The notes: generated by a model from the sequence alone, not told the origin. DNA of 50,920 nucleotides from Silvanigrellaceae bacterium (GCA_049423385.1 JBMSQQ010000011.1:1-50920), one strand, 5' to 3'; counted from the first letter of the stretch, positions 26,328 to 38,468 are shown. Translations and numbers: made by a program.

Positions 26328-28274
26328 TCAAAAATAGTAAAAACTGCGGGCCAGGAGTTGGATTTCCTGATTGTGCAATTCCAGGCTGCCCATGAGTTCC
26401 CACGGTTCGGCAGGCCGCCATGCCCAATTCGACGCACCTGTCAGAAGCCATTCAGGCGCTTTCCAAAGACTCATTTGTCTGCCCAGAGTCAATGAATTCG
26501 ACCATCGGTGCAGAGGAATCAATTCCACATTCAGCAATCCGCTGATACCTGGTTCGATGAAAAGAGCCCCGGATTCATCATCCCCAAACTTCAGCGAACC
26601 ACGAACTGCGGCGCGTCCTTCGGCAGCGTCGAGTTTCCATGCCAGCCCATATTGAGCTGATGCGTACGTTTGTTTGCAGCCTTCGAAACATTGTTGCCGA
26701 AAGCCGAGGTTCACAGCCCAGCTTTTCGCCCATTTTTCATCGGCCTTGGGCTCTGGCAGCACATCTATCGAAACAATCGACACTTCCCTCATGTTCAGTG
26801 TCTTGCCGTTGAACATTGCCTCGAGGTTCATGATTCCGATTCCAACACCATCGGGCATTCCTTTTAAGCTGCTCTCTGATGTTTGCTGTGCCGGTCTGTA
26901 GCTGATGAGGGAATACGTTCTGCTGTTCCTGTCGCTGTTGATGGGTCTCATCACACCCAGTCCAATGCGTGAGCTTGGATAAGCGTAGTGTGGAGCTGTT
27001 TCTTCTGGAACATGTGGTTGGGCATACTCAGGCTTGAGTTCAATCTCCGCCCGCTTTTGTGCAACGCTGTCTTGATCTTTCTCGATTCTTGCCAATTGTT
27101 GCTTTGGGTATTTTTGTCCGCGTGATTCATAAAATGTGAGTGCGCTGTCGAGGACGCGGGCTTTCTCTTCGGGAGTGAGATCTTCGATGGATTCAAATTT
27201 CAATTTCGAGCCCAGTGGTTTTTTCGTCATCAGTTCGTTTTGGGAAAACAAATTGGTGAATGCATCACGCTCTTTCTTGCTGAGGTTGTTGAGACGGTCT
27301 TCGTGTTTTTGCAGGCTCGATGGGTGATAATGAACCTTGCTGAGAAGGTTTGGAGTGTTGGCAATGACCCGCGTCGCGTCGGCGGCAATAACGATTTGCT
27401 TGAAGTTCGAATTTAAATTCAATGCCGGGCGACCAATCTCCAGCAACGCCATCATCAGGTACGAGCCGTTTTCGCCCAGCAGGAAATATTCAATCTTGTG
27501 GTTTGCCAGTTCAAAAACCGAAGCGGCAATGTAGGAAACCTCATCCTTGTTCAAATTCAGTTCGTATTCCCATTGATCGCGATTTTCCGAATTGATCAAA
27601 TCAGTTGATATTTTTTCCTCGGCAATCCAATTCAATGTGCCATTGAAGATTCCATGGAAAACGTTGAATGGATAAAAGATGGGGTTGGAGTCCTGGGTGT
27701 CGACCCTGTGGCTGACCATGTAAACAGACCTTTTGTCGGTCGCCTCTGCAGATTTTCCACCATGAAATTTGAGAAAGATGTTGCCAAAAAAGGTTTGCGG
27801 GTTCTCTGGATGGCCAGATGAGAAAACAAGAGATATCCGGTCATGACGCATCAGTTTGGAAAATTCACGATAGCGTTTGCAAACGTCTGACTCGTTTTTG
27901 GGATCAGTGTCAGAAAATATAAGCTTGAAATGGTCCTCGAGAAACTTGCGACGAGCCGGGTATCGGCACAGGGCTTCTTGTCGCTCTGCCGGAGTTCCTT
28001 CCGAAAAAATTCTCAGCGTGCCTTCGAGCTCCGCGTCGGGAGCCGAAGCACCTTCAGGGCTCACGAAATATGTCGGATCGTCAATGACGCTTTCGCCAAT
28101 GGAGCGCCAACTGTCGCGATAGAGCAGGATTTTGTGCCAACGAGGCATATTCGCTGCCTCCTGGATTTCCTGTGGACCGATTCTGTTGACGCGAGCCGAA
28201 TATGCCGTGGCATTTTGTGGCAAGTTGAGTGAAGAAATGCAGAGCAGGATTCCCAATGCAATTGTTTTCAGCAT
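26328..28274 (-). CDS. DUF4105 (Lnb N-terminal-like) domain outer-membrane protein with probable C-terminal beta-barrel
   Basis: Signal peptide; WHKILLY, CRYPARRKFL, LVFSS, ENRDQWEYELNL; amphipathic C-terminal strands ending in YYF. Confidence 0.75.
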   Translation of the reverse strand: MLKTIALGILLCISSLNLPQNATAYSARVNRIGPQEIQEAANMPRWHKILLYRDSWRSIGESVIDDPTYFVSPEGASAPDAELEGTLRIFSEGTPAERQEALCRYPARRKFLEDHFKLIFSDTDPKNESDVCKRYREFSKLMRHDRISLVFSSGHPENPQTFFGNIFLKFHGGKSAEATDKRSVYMVSHRVDTQDSNPIFYPFNVFHGIFNGTLNWIAEEKISTDLINSENRDQWEYELNLNKDEVSYIAASVFELANHKIEYFLLGENGSYLMMALLEIGRPALNLNSNFKQIVIAADATRVIANTPNLLSKVHYHPSSLQKHEDRLNNLSKKERDAFTNLFSQNELMTKKPLGSKLKFESIEDLTPEEKARVLDSALTFYESRGQKYPKQQLARIEKDQDSVAQKRAEIELKPEYAQPHVPEETAPHYAYPSSRIGLGVMRPINSDRNSRTYSLISYRPAQQTSESSLKGMPDGVGIGIMNLEAMFNGKTLNMREVSIVSIDVLPEPKADEKWAKSWAVNLGFRQQCFEGCKQTYASAQYGLAWKLDAAEGRAAVRGSLKFGDDESGALFIEPGISGLLNVELIPLHRWSNSLTLGRQMSLWKAPEWLLTGASNWAWRPAEPWELMGSLELHNQEIQLLARSFYYF

Positions 28275-28410
28275 GTTTTATCCAGGATTTTAATTTTAAA
28301 AAGTCGGATGGATGTTCGCTTGCCGGTTGGAAGCAAGTCAAGACGCCGCTGGAGTTTTTTGCTCTGTCGCGGCAGTTTTTGTGACAGAATTTAAATTTCT
28401 AGTGTGCACT

Positions 28411-28980
28411 TCACGCGGGCAGTCTGCGAGTTTTCCTTGAAGGAATAATGCGTGCCGGTGACTGCCTTTTGGATGGCGATGGTTGCAGGTTTTTAGGTTT
28501 TGCAACTTCAATCGGCCTCAACCTCAATTCCAGCAGCCAGCCTTTGTTCTTTTCCATGAACAGGAAGTTGTGCTCACTGGAATCGACAACCTTGAATGTG
28601 CCTGCGTAAAACGAAGCGGAACCCGAACGGGGTCCTGCGCTTCCCGAGGCACTCACACGAACCAGCTGTGTTTTTGCAAAAGCTGAAGGTTCGCTTTCCA
28701 GTGTCACGTTCAACGAACGACCTTTCAGGAAAACGGTTTTGCTGCCGTCCAGATTGATCTTCACTTCTGCTGTAGAGACCTCGTCAACGCGATCGGGAGA
28801 TTTGAGGCGCGCACTGGCAAGAAAACTCAATCCGACGGATGGCACTTCGCCTGCTGCCGATGAACTCGCCCCGTTTGGCATTTGAGCGTTTCCAACCATG
28901 GAAAAGCAGGTCATTGCCGCTGCGCCGATGATCTTCAGGGAAGCGATTGCGAACTTGATCGAACTCATGTTCTTGAGCAT
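28411..28980 (-). CDS. hypothetical secreted protein
   Basis: 189 aa, signal-like N-terminus, basic tail; GAGG upstream of start. Confidence 0.55.
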   Translation of the reverse strand: MLKNMSSIKFAIASLKIIGAAAMTCFSMVGNAQMPNGASSSAAGEVPSVGLSFLASARLKSPDRVDEVSTAEVKINLDGSKTVFLKGRSLNVTLESEPSAFAKTQLVRVSASGSAGPRSGSASFYAGTFKVVDSSEHNFLFMEKNKGWLLELRLRPIEVAKPKNLQPSPSKRQSPARIIPSRKTRRLPA

Positions 28981-29053
28981 AAACGAATGTCCTCTGTCCG
29001 ATGAGCGACGGAGATTGCTTAATATTGCCTCAAAATAGCCCAGGAGCTCCCGA

Positions 29054-30724
<1,671 letters not shown>

Positions 30725-30851
30725 TGTTTGTGAAACACTTGTTTTTCCTGTGTTAATCGCTCCTTGCTGGCTTGCCAGTCTGGGGCGATTCAAGTAGTTG
30801 TCACGGCACCGTAAATTTTACGTCACAAGCCGTGAATGGGGATTTCGCAAT

Positions 30852-33089
30852 ATGCTGCAGTACACACTTGCGCGCGATTCACTTCTCGTCGGATTTGGCA
30901 GTGCCCGGGATTCCGATGCCAGTCCTCTGGAAGTTCAACCCCAAAGCAAGGCTGGTGTGCGTCCCTCGCTTTTCTTTGCCCCGACACGTGATGCACATGG
31001 GTTGTTGACCCGAAAAACCTTTACCCATGTTTTGTTGGTCCGCCGAACACAGGTCGATGGTCAACCAAGGTTCATTCTGTTGCCGCTTCCGACCAATGAA
31101 TGGGTTGCCGACGAGCAGCTCGAGGAATTGATTCCCGCTGGCCAGCCCGTCGACGTTGCGACCTGTATCGCGCGCGACAGCCGGATGGTTTCCGGCGCCG
31201 ATGTTTCCCACTCGGTGTTTGAATTCGAGTCGGATGCGCTCTCGCTGGCTATCAACCTGACCATCGAGAGCTTTGTTTTTGAAAACAGCCTGCGCGAACA
31301 ATGGACTCTTGAGCACGTTCCGTCGGAATACGCTGCTTTTGTGGTGCACTGGCATCAGCCCGAGATTCATTGCAGCTCTGTTTTGCAAACGACATATGCA
31401 GCTCTCTCTGCAGGGAAACTGATTTCTTACCACGCGGGACACTATTTTTCGGTCGGCGTGGCTCAAAATGCCAACCCAATTGTTCCGGCGTTCTCGTCCT
31501 GTGTTCAAATGCAGGTTGGAAAATGTTCGATTGCGGAGTTTGCCGAAAATCTGTCCCAGGTTCTCGACACAATCAAGCAGATGGGGAGCGGGGCACCTGC
31601 TGCCGTGCGCAACCAGGTCCTCAATCAATGGACCCGATACCAAACGGAACCGCTTGCCACAGGCACGAGTCAAGGCCTGATGGTCTGGCCAGTGGATTCG
31701 TCTGAGCCTTTCGAATTGACGCATCATTATTCCGGCAAACTTGAAACCGCCTTGAAAGGCAATTCCGACACCTATCTTGCAGCCCGCAAGCGTGTTTGTC
31801 AGTCGGACGCCGAATGGCTCTCTTCTGTGCACAAAAATCGCAGTGCTCCCGAACTTCCTGATTTTGTGAGGTCACTCTACGACCGCTCGCTCCTCACTTT
31901 GAAACAGATGCAGGATCCCGACGGTGGAATCATTGCGGCTCCCGAGTTTCAATTCGAGTTCACGGCTTGTGGAGGCTATGGCTATTGCTGGGGTCGCGAT
32001 GCGGGTTTCATATCGCTCGCCATGGATACTGCCGGCATGTTCGAAGAGTCGGAACAATTTTATGCCTACATGGCCAAGTGCCAGTCGGACAACGGAAGTT
32101 TTCTACACCGCCACGACATGAGCGGAAACCTTGGCCCAAGTTGGGGTTTGCTGCAGCCAGACGAAACGGGAAGCGTTCTTTTTGGACTCTGGCAGCACGT
32201 GAAGTTGTCTGGACGCACTGAAGGCGCTGCCAAGCTGCGCGACATGGTGGAGCGCGGAGCAAATTGGTTGGAGTCTTGTCGATTCGAGGACACCGGTTGG
32301 ATTTGCGAAGGATTCGACCTTTGGGAAGAGCGCGAAGGCGTGCATCTGTATTCTGTGGCTGCGGCAGTTGCAGGACTTCGTGCTGCCGCCAATCTTGCAG
32401 AAAAGTTGAAGTGGCCAGTGCGTCCGCAGTGGCGTCAGAGGGCCGACCAGCTTTCCAGGCTGTTGGAAGAAAATCTTGAAGCATCGTCGAACGGTTCAGA
32501 GGCTTCTTTTGCCCGAACCTTGTTTTTGAAAAACACATCCCAGCAGTCCGCACTGCGCTATTCATCCTCGAGACTTGAACATAATCCTGCGCACGCAGGC
32601 TTGAATCCGCAGCGTTGGATCTCCGATTACGTTCTCGACGTTTCACTGCTCGGAGTGGTGGAGCCTTTTGAGGCGGTTTCGAATTCTTTCTCGGAAAAGA
32701 ATCTTCCACGTTTGTGTCGTGCTTTACGCAAGTCGTTGTGGCGCGATGGTGTTGGCGGACTCGGACGCTACGAAGGCGATCACTACCGCGACGGACAGCC
32801 CTGGATTCTGACAACGCTCTGGCTTGGCTTGGCTGCCGCCCGCTGTGGAGAAAAATCGCTGGCTATCGAGTGCTGCGCCTGGGTGTTGAAACACACTCCT
32901 CGCGAAGGACAATTGCCCGAGCAAATCGACCCCATCACGGGCGAGCCTTCATGGGTGATGCCACTCACCTGGTCACACGCAATGTTTGTATTGGCTTGTT
33001 GCCAGTTGCCCAAGGATATCTGGGTTTCAGTCATGAACTCTGAATCTTCATTCTCGAATTCCACCAATCACAACCAGAAGGGGCTATGA
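30852..33089 (+). CDS. glycoside hydrolase family 15 (glucoamylase-like)
   Basis: GYGYCWGRDA, QPDETG, FDLWEEREG, GRYEGD.Y, LPEQID...PLTWSHA. Confidence 0.88.
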   Translation: MLQYTLARDSLLVGFGSARDSDASPLEVQPQSKAGVRPSLFFAPTRDAHGLLTRKTFTHVLLVRRTQVDGQPRFILLPLPTNEWVADEQLEELIPAGQPVDVATCIARDSRMVSGADVSHSVFEFESDALSLAINLTIESFVFENSLREQWTLEHVPSEYAAFVVHWHQPEIHCSSVLQTTYAALSAGKLISYHAGHYFSVGVAQNANPIVPAFSSCVQMQVGKCSIAEFAENLSQVLDTIKQMGSGAPAAVRNQVLNQWTRYQTEPLATGTSQGLMVWPVDSSEPFELTHHYSGKLETALKGNSDTYLAARKRVCQSDAEWLSSVHKNRSAPELPDFVRSLYDRSLLTLKQMQDPDGGIIAAPEFQFEFTACGGYGYCWGRDAGFISLAMDTAGMFEESEQFYAYMAKCQSDNGSFLHRHDMSGNLGPSWGLLQPDETGSVLFGLWQHVKLSGRTEGAAKLRDMVERGANWLESCRFEDTGWICEGFDLWEEREGVHLYSVAAAVAGLRAAANLAEKLKWPVRPQWRQRADQLSRLLEENLEASSNGSEASFARTLFLKNTSQQSALRYSSSRLEHNPAHAGLNPQRWISDYVLDVSLLGVVEPFEAVSNSFSEKNLPRLCRALRKSLWRDGVGGLGRYEGDHYRDGQPWILTTLWLGLAAARCGEKSLAIECCAWVLKHTPREGQLPEQIDPITGEPSWVMPLTWSHAMFVLACCQLPKDIWVSVMNSESSFSNSTNHNQKGL

Positions 33090-34441
33090 TGTTCATAAAC
33101 CGGTCTGTTTCATTTTTGAGTCCTGAACAAAATTCATCTGCTCCTGGCTCTTCAAAGCCAAATGGCAAGCCAAAAGTTGTGTTTGCGGTTGTTGCTGTCG
33201 TGTTGGCTGGATTGGTTGGTCTGCAAGTGATGACCGGCAAGAAAAAGTCTGCCGGAAATACAACCGAATCTGCAGTTGGCGGAGAAGCGGTTGAAATCAG
33301 TCTTTGGGATCAGGAGGAGTCCGAGAACACCAAAGTCATGGATGAGTGGATCACTCGATTCACAACTGCGCATCCGAACATCCGCGTGGTTCGCCAGACC
33401 TACCCGAACGAAGATCTCAGAACAAAATTTACAACTGCCGCAACGGCGGGACAGGCTGCCGAACTCGTGTGGGGTCCGAACGACATCGCAGGCGTCTTCG
33501 CCACTGCAAAGTTGATCCAACCTGCCGAAGGCTTTGTGGATGTGAGCAAATTCACCCCTGCAGCTTCCGAACCGGTCAGGCTCAGAGGCGCGGTAATGGG
33601 CGTGCCGATGACCTACGGCAACCATCTGATGCTTTTTTTCAACAAGAATCTGGTCGCGAATGCACCAACAACCACTGACGAGCTGATTGCAGCCGCGCGT
33701 GAAAACACCGATGCAAAAGCCAACAAGTTTGGTCTTGTTTTCTTTCAAAACGAGCCATTCTGGCTGGTGCCGTTTGTTGGCGCATTTGGTGGATGGCCAT
33801 TGGTTGTCGATCCCGATGGCAGCAGCCGTCTGGAACTGAACTCGGAAGCGATGAAGAATGCCTTGGCATATCTCTACAAGCTCAAGACCGTCGACAAGGT
33901 GATTCCAAAGGAATGCGACTACGACTGTGCCAAAGGCCTGTTTCTTGAAGGCAAGGCGGCATTCACGATCAATGGTGACTGGAGTGTGAAGGAGTTCCAG
34001 GCCAAGCTTGGCGATCAACTGGGAATTGCTCCGCTTCCTGTGTTGAGCGAAACCAATCGTCCCCTGACCCCGATGATCAGTGGCCGGTACGTTTTCATCA
34101 ATTCGCAAATTGCTCCTTCAAAAAAAGAAGCCGTCAAGGAATTTCTCAACTTCCTGACGTCGCGCGAAATTCAAATCGAGGTTGCGGAAAAGCTGAATCG
34201 CATCCCGGCAACGGGAGAAGCTTTGAATGACCCGCGCATCACGGGGTTGAAGGCCATCCAGCCGATGATTGCCGCAGCAGCAAATGGTCGTCCAATGCCG
34301 GCGCAAACAGAAATGCGTGCTGCATGGGATGCCATGCGTCCTGTGCAACAGAAAATCATGTCGGGTGATCTGACCCCAGACAAAGGCGTCAACGTCATGC
34401 AGCAGAGCGCGCTGGAAAAGCTCGCCGCGCTCAAAAAGTAA
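33086..34441 (+). CDS. malE: maltose/maltodextrin ABC transporter substrate-binding protein
   Basis: LMLFFNKNLV..APTT.DEL, F.EGKAAFTINGDW, LGIAPLP, PMPAQTEMRAAW. Confidence 0.85.
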   Translation: MMFINRSVSFLSPEQNSSAPGSSKPNGKPKVVFAVVAVVLAGLVGLQVMTGKKKSAGNTTESAVGGEAVEISLWDQEESENTKVMDEWITRFTTAHPNIRVVRQTYPNEDLRTKFTTAATAGQAAELVWGPNDIAGVFATAKLIQPAEGFVDVSKFTPAASEPVRLRGAVMGVPMTYGNHLMLFFNKNLVANAPTTTDELIAAARENTDAKANKFGLVFFQNEPFWLVPFVGAFGGWPLVVDPDGSSRLELNSEAMKNALAYLYKLKTVDKVIPKECDYDCAKGLFLEGKAAFTINGDWSVKEFQAKLGDQLGIAPLPVLSETNRPLTPMISGRYVFINSQIAPSKKEAVKEFLNFLTSREIQIEVAEKLNRIPATGEALNDPRITGLKAIQPMIAAAANGRPMPAQTEMRAAWDAMRPVQQKIMSGDLTPDKGVNVMQQSALEKLAALKK

Positions 34442-34459
34442 GAACGAGAAACACACGTT

Positions 34460-35689
34460 ATGCTGAGTCTGTCGCTGCTGCCGGCCATCACTGAAATTCT
34501 CAGACTGCTTCTGTTTGTAGGTATTGCTGTTGCCTCGGTGGTTGGATTTCTTTGGGCCAACTACAAATTCTGGCGGAGTGAATATTATCTCGGTGGTACC
34601 GTGCTGGTTTCAGTGCTCATTGGAGCTGAACTGGTTCTGGTTCTCGAGGCTGCACTCCCGATGGCGGTGTTTCTAGGAGCCCTTCCATTCCTGACCGGTC
34701 TGTTGTTTCGCTACGTGATTCGTGGACGCTGGATGGTCCCTTTTCTTTTTGCCGCTCCTGCGACGCTGGGCGTGGCTCTTCTGTTTCTTTATCCGCTCGT
34801 TTTTGAACTCTACCTTTCTTTCCACAGACTCAATCTCGAAACTCTTGGAGAATGGATTCGCACGGGGCAAATCGAATTTGTCGGAGTGAGCAATTTCCTT
34901 GAGGTGATGCAGGTTGGCAGTCAGACGAAGGAAAGCTTTTGGCTGGTGACCGCCCGCACGTTTGCCTGGACCGCAATCAACCTTGTTTTTCATGTGGTGT
35001 TTGGTCTCGTGTTGGCGCTTTTTTTGAATCAAAAGATCCGCTGGGTGGGAGCATATCGAACAATTCTCATGCTTCCATGGGCAATACCCCAGTTGATCGC
35101 GGTTCTTGCTTGGCGCGGTGAATTTCATTCAGCATACGGCTACGTCAATCACCTCATTCAGCTGGTCAACGATACCTTCAGCCTTACGGTGGGTGGTGAC
35201 CGGATTGCACCTCTGGAATGGATTGGACTCAAGCCCCAAGAATGGTGGACTGATCCGCACGCGCTTTTTGCTTCAATCTGCATTGTGAATATCTGGCTGG
35301 GAATCCCATTCATGATGGTCGTTTCCCTGAGTGCGCTCCAGTCGATTTCAAAAAGCTACTACGAAGCGGCAAGCCTGGATGGCGCCACGGCATGGCAACG
35401 CTTTCGCAACATCACGTTGCCCCTCATCAAGCCCGTGATGATTCCTTCGATGATTCTTGGCATGATTTGGACATTCAACAACGTCAATGTGGTCTATTTG
35501 ATGACTGCGCAACGCGGAGGATCGGAAGGTGCCGACATTCTTGTCAGTGACTTGTACAAGCAGGCGTTTGTATACAACCGCTATAGTTTTTCCGCTGCCT
35601 ACGCGATCGTGATTTTTCTGATTCTTTTGGTGTTGACTGCAGTTTGGATGAAGTCGTCGCGAATGACCGAAGATCCTGGTCGGCGCTGA
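34460..35689 (+). CDS. malF: carbohydrate ABC transporter permease (MalF-like)
   Basis: Multiple TMs; LPWAIP, WLGIPFMM, YEAASLDGATAWQRFRNITLPL (EAA motif). Confidence 0.9.
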   Translation: MLSLSLLPAITEILRLLLFVGIAVASVVGFLWANYKFWRSEYYLGGTVLVSVLIGAELVLVLEAALPMAVFLGALPFLTGLLFRYVIRGRWMVPFLFAAPATLGVALLFLYPLVFELYLSFHRLNLETLGEWIRTGQIEFVGVSNFLEVMQVGSQTKESFWLVTARTFAWTAINLVFHVVFGLVLALFLNQKIRWVGAYRTILMLPWAIPQLIAVLAWRGEFHSAYGYVNHLIQLVNDTFSLTVGGDRIAPLEWIGLKPQEWWTDPHALFASICIVNIWLGIPFMMVVSLSALQSISKSYYEAASLDGATAWQRFRNITLPLIKPVMIPSMILGMIWTFNNVNVVYLMTAQRGGSEGADILVSDLYKQAFVYNRYSFSAAYAIVIFLILLVLTAVWMKSSRMTEDPGRR

Positions 35690-35713
35690 TTTCTTGATGG
35701 GAGTGATTCAGTC

Positions 35714-36556
35714 GTGTCTTCTCTTGAGAAAGTGAGTCCAGCCCGGTCGTTGGCAACACACGTTTTTCTTTGGATTGCCTGCATCGTTGCTTTGTTTCCC
35801 GTGTCGCGAATTGTCACCATTTCGCTTCGACCCGGCAACCGTTTGTTGTCGTCGGACATGAGCATTGTTCCGGCAGACGCGAGCCTTGGCAGCTACTGGA
35901 CAATATTGACGCAGAAGCCATTTCTTCAGTGGCTTTACAACAGTTTGTTGATCACGGTTTCGACGAGCTTGATTGGTGTGTCACTTGCAGCCACGGCTGC
36001 ATATGCTTTCGCGCGGTACTCTTTTCCAGGGCGCAAGTCGGGTTTGTTGTTTCTGATGACCACGCAAATGATTCCAGGCGCGATGTTGTTGCTGCCGATT
36101 TATCTTGTGCTGACAAAAATTGGCCTCAACAATTCATACACAGGGTTGGTGATCGCATACTCGGTGACAACTCTTCCTTTCTCAATATGGATTTTGAAAG
36201 GTTATTTCGACACAGTCCCCAAGAGTCTCGAGGAAGCTGCTCGTATCGACGGGTGCACAGAGTTTGGCGCATTTTATCGAATCCTGTTGCCGCTCTCGAA
36301 GCCTTCTTTGGCAATTGTATTTTTGTTCAACTTTACTCAGGCTTGGAATGAGTATTTGGTGGCATCCACGATATTGCAGGATTCAAGGCTGCGGACCTGG
36401 CCATTGGGGTTGTATGAGCTGCAGGGGAATTTCAATTCGGAGTGGGGGCTGTTTGCTGCGGGCTCGGTGCTCATTTCGATTCCTGTGGTTTTGCTTTTCC
36501 TATTTTCGAGCAAATACATGATTTCCGGACTGACACTGGGTGGTGTCAAGGGCTGA
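35714..36556 (+). CDS. malG: carbohydrate ABC transporter permease (MalG-like)
   Basis: LKGYFDTVPKSLEEAARIDG, WGLFAAG, GLTLGGVKG. Confidence 0.92.
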   Translation: MSSLEKVSPARSLATHVFLWIACIVALFPVSRIVTISLRPGNRLLSSDMSIVPADASLGSYWTILTQKPFLQWLYNSLLITVSTSLIGVSLAATAAYAFARYSFPGRKSGLLFLMTTQMIPGAMLLLPIYLVLTKIGLNNSYTGLVIAYSVTTLPFSIWILKGYFDTVPKSLEEAARIDGCTEFGAFYRILLPLSKPSLAIVFLFNFTQAWNEYLVASTILQDSRLRTWPLGLYELQGNFNSEWGLFAAGSVLISIPVVLLFLFSSKYMISGLTLGGVKG

Positions 36557-36644
36557 AACGGTTCCTGAAATTAGGTGTTGTAACTGATTTTTTGGAATGC
36601 TAAATCGTGCGGACGTTGCCTGAAAATGGTCTTAGGAGGTTCCC

Positions 36645-37196
36645 GTGAAAAGTCTTATAGCTCTGACTTCGTTGGCTATTTTTCCTGTTGCTGTTGCAGC
36701 CCCCGGGTTTGTAATTGACACTCCCACGGGCCCTCGGACGGACTCATTGGTATTTCAGCAGGTTGTCTATACGGGTGCCTGCCCCGGAACGAGCATCGAC
36801 CCTGTTCGCGGCTATTTCTTTGATCCCGGCATCCCAACTCTTCCAGGCCGCCGCGTACGCGTTGTGAACGTGACTCCCGGAATGAGTGGCGATCCATTTC
36901 CATTCACGGACCGCGAATACCAATCGGGTGGACGTTCCGAAAAAATCGACTTCCTTCCGAGCTCCAGGCACCGTCAACGCTGGTTTTCTGTTGCTGAAGG
37001 CATGAATGACTTTGAAGTCACCGTGACCGACGGCGGTCGGGTTGTAGACACCAAGCAATTCGCGTTTCCTGTGACGGTCATGACCCGTTACGAGGGACGC
37101 TGGCCGAGCTGCCGGGTGGAAAACGATTGCCACACCAACCCAAATGGTGGCGTGTATTGCGTGCCCCGGACGGTTTGTTCCTGCATCTACAACTGA
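36645..37196 (+). CDS. hypothetical secreted protein with Cys-rich C-terminus
   Basis: RBS AGGAGG, GTG start, signal peptide ending AVA, followed by a terminator. Confidence 0.75.
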   Translation: MKSLIALTSLAIFPVAVAAPGFVIDTPTGPRTDSLVFQQVVYTGACPGTSIDPVRGYFFDPGIPTLPGRRVRVVNVTPGMSGDPFPFTDREYQSGGRSEKIDFLPSSRHRQRWFSVAEGMNDFEVTVTDGGRVVDTKQFAFPVTVMTRYEGRWPSCRVENDCHTNPNGGVYCVPRTVCSCIYN

Positions 37197-37220
37197 TTGA
37201 CACCAAAACCAGCAATGACG

Positions 37221-37257
37221 AAACGGGTGGAGCCGGTATGGCCCACCCGTTTTTCTT
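37221..37257 (+). terminator. rho-independent terminator
   Basis: AAACGGGTGG (37221-37230) / CCACCCGTTT (37243-37252), then TTCTT. Confidence 0.8.
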
Positions 37258-37411
37258 GCGTCTCTTGAACATCTTCAAAGATCGAGCCCAATTTTCAGTG
37301 GGTCGATTTTTCCCAGTATAAACAGTCAATTTTATAATTTCTCAAGTCGTCGGCCCGAGACTCCGTTACTCATCACAGGCTGAACAACAATCGCTTCGGG
37401 AGGGATTCATC

Positions 37412-38416
37412 GTGAGAAGTTTAAAGTTGACGATTTTGCCTGTTGGACTTTTTGCACTGGTTTCTTGCGGTGACAAGCCCACTCAATTTTCATCTCCAGA
37501 TTCCTACCGGGTTGCGTTCTCCATGTCTGGAACGGGCGTCGATCGTGTTCAACAACTCAAACAGCAGGCTGAGGCCCAAGGTGCGGCGGCGGTTGTGCTG
37601 GAAACGGGTATGAGTTCTTCTGAAAACGCAGAGGCATTGGATGACTTCGCCAGGCAATTGGCGGAAGCCGCAGAAACTGCACCAGCCCCCTCAACGAGCT
37701 CGGGTTCTACAGACGGCGGGGGCGGCACGGGCGGCACGGCAGGGGGTAGCACGCCAAGCACAAACGATGGTGGCAGCGGCACGAACAATACGGGCGACGG
37801 TGGTGGTACAGGCGGTAGCTCCATGCCGAGCACAGACGGTGGTGGCACAGGTGGTTCATCGGGCGGAACGACAAACACCTCGTCTGGTGGAAGCTCGGGT
37901 GGCTCAAGCAGCACAACCACAGCTCCTCTTCAAATCCCTTTCGACACAAAGATGATCGAACGGTTGGGCCAGGTCGCCGGTGGTGGACTCGACAAATTCA
38001 AGAGTGCCTGTGCGTATGCAATGAAGATTGAGGAGTCCAAGGTGATATTGGCGGGCTCGACGGGCAGTGTCACCAAGGATCAAGTGTTGATGATCGTCTA
38101 CGATGGTCGCGGGGAATTGAATGTTCCCCTGAGCGGTCAGGAAATTCACGGAGTCTGTATCAGCTCGGCAAATGGAAGCAAGGTGAACGTTGACGCTTCG
38201 AACATCAAGGTGAAAGGCGTGTTCACTTTCGAGCAAGGCAAGAGCAATGCGACATCGGTTGCCTTTGGTGCCACAGGGAAGATGGACTCGGCTTTGGCTG
38301 GAGCCATTGGTAACGGCAATTCGGTGGTGTTGAAATCTCCGAAAGTGTCGTGCGTTGAGCCCGCAGTCAAATCGTTTGGCTCCGGTAACAACAAGCCCTC
38401 CCTCACTTGCCAGTGA
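37412..38416 (+). CDS. lipoprotein with Gly/Ser/Thr-rich linker and beta-rich C-terminal domain
   Basis: RBS GGAGG; lipobox LVSC; TDGGGTGG-type repeats. Confidence 0.8.
   Translation: MRSLKLTILPVGLFALVSCGDKPTQFSSPDSYRVAFSMSGTGVDRVQQLKQQAEAQGAAAVVLETGMSSSENAEALDDFARQLAEAAETAPAPSTSSGSTDGGGGTGGTAGGSTPSTNDGGSGTNNTGDGGGTGGSSMPSTDGGGTGGSSGGTTNTSSGGSSGGSSSTTTAPLQIPFDTKMIERLGQVAGGGLDKFKSACAYAMKIEESKVILAGSTGSVTKDQVLMIVYDGRGELNVPLSGQEIHGVCISSANGSKVNVDASNIKVKGVFTFEQGKSNATSVAFGATGKMDSALAGAIGNGNSVVLKSPKVSCVEPAVKSFGSGNNKPSLTCQ
37690..37922 (+). repeat. low-complexity Gly/Ser/Thr repeat region
   Basis: About four imperfect DGG(G)GTGG units. Confidence 0.75.
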
Positions 38417-38468
38417 GGCTTGCACGAGAAGCTCTGCTTCAATGAATTTCCGGTGCACCTTGAAATGC

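Noticed and set aside
30879..34108. Long minus-strand ORFs (317, 268 and 318 aa) opposite GH15 and malE
   Set aside because: Antisense shadows of well-supported genes
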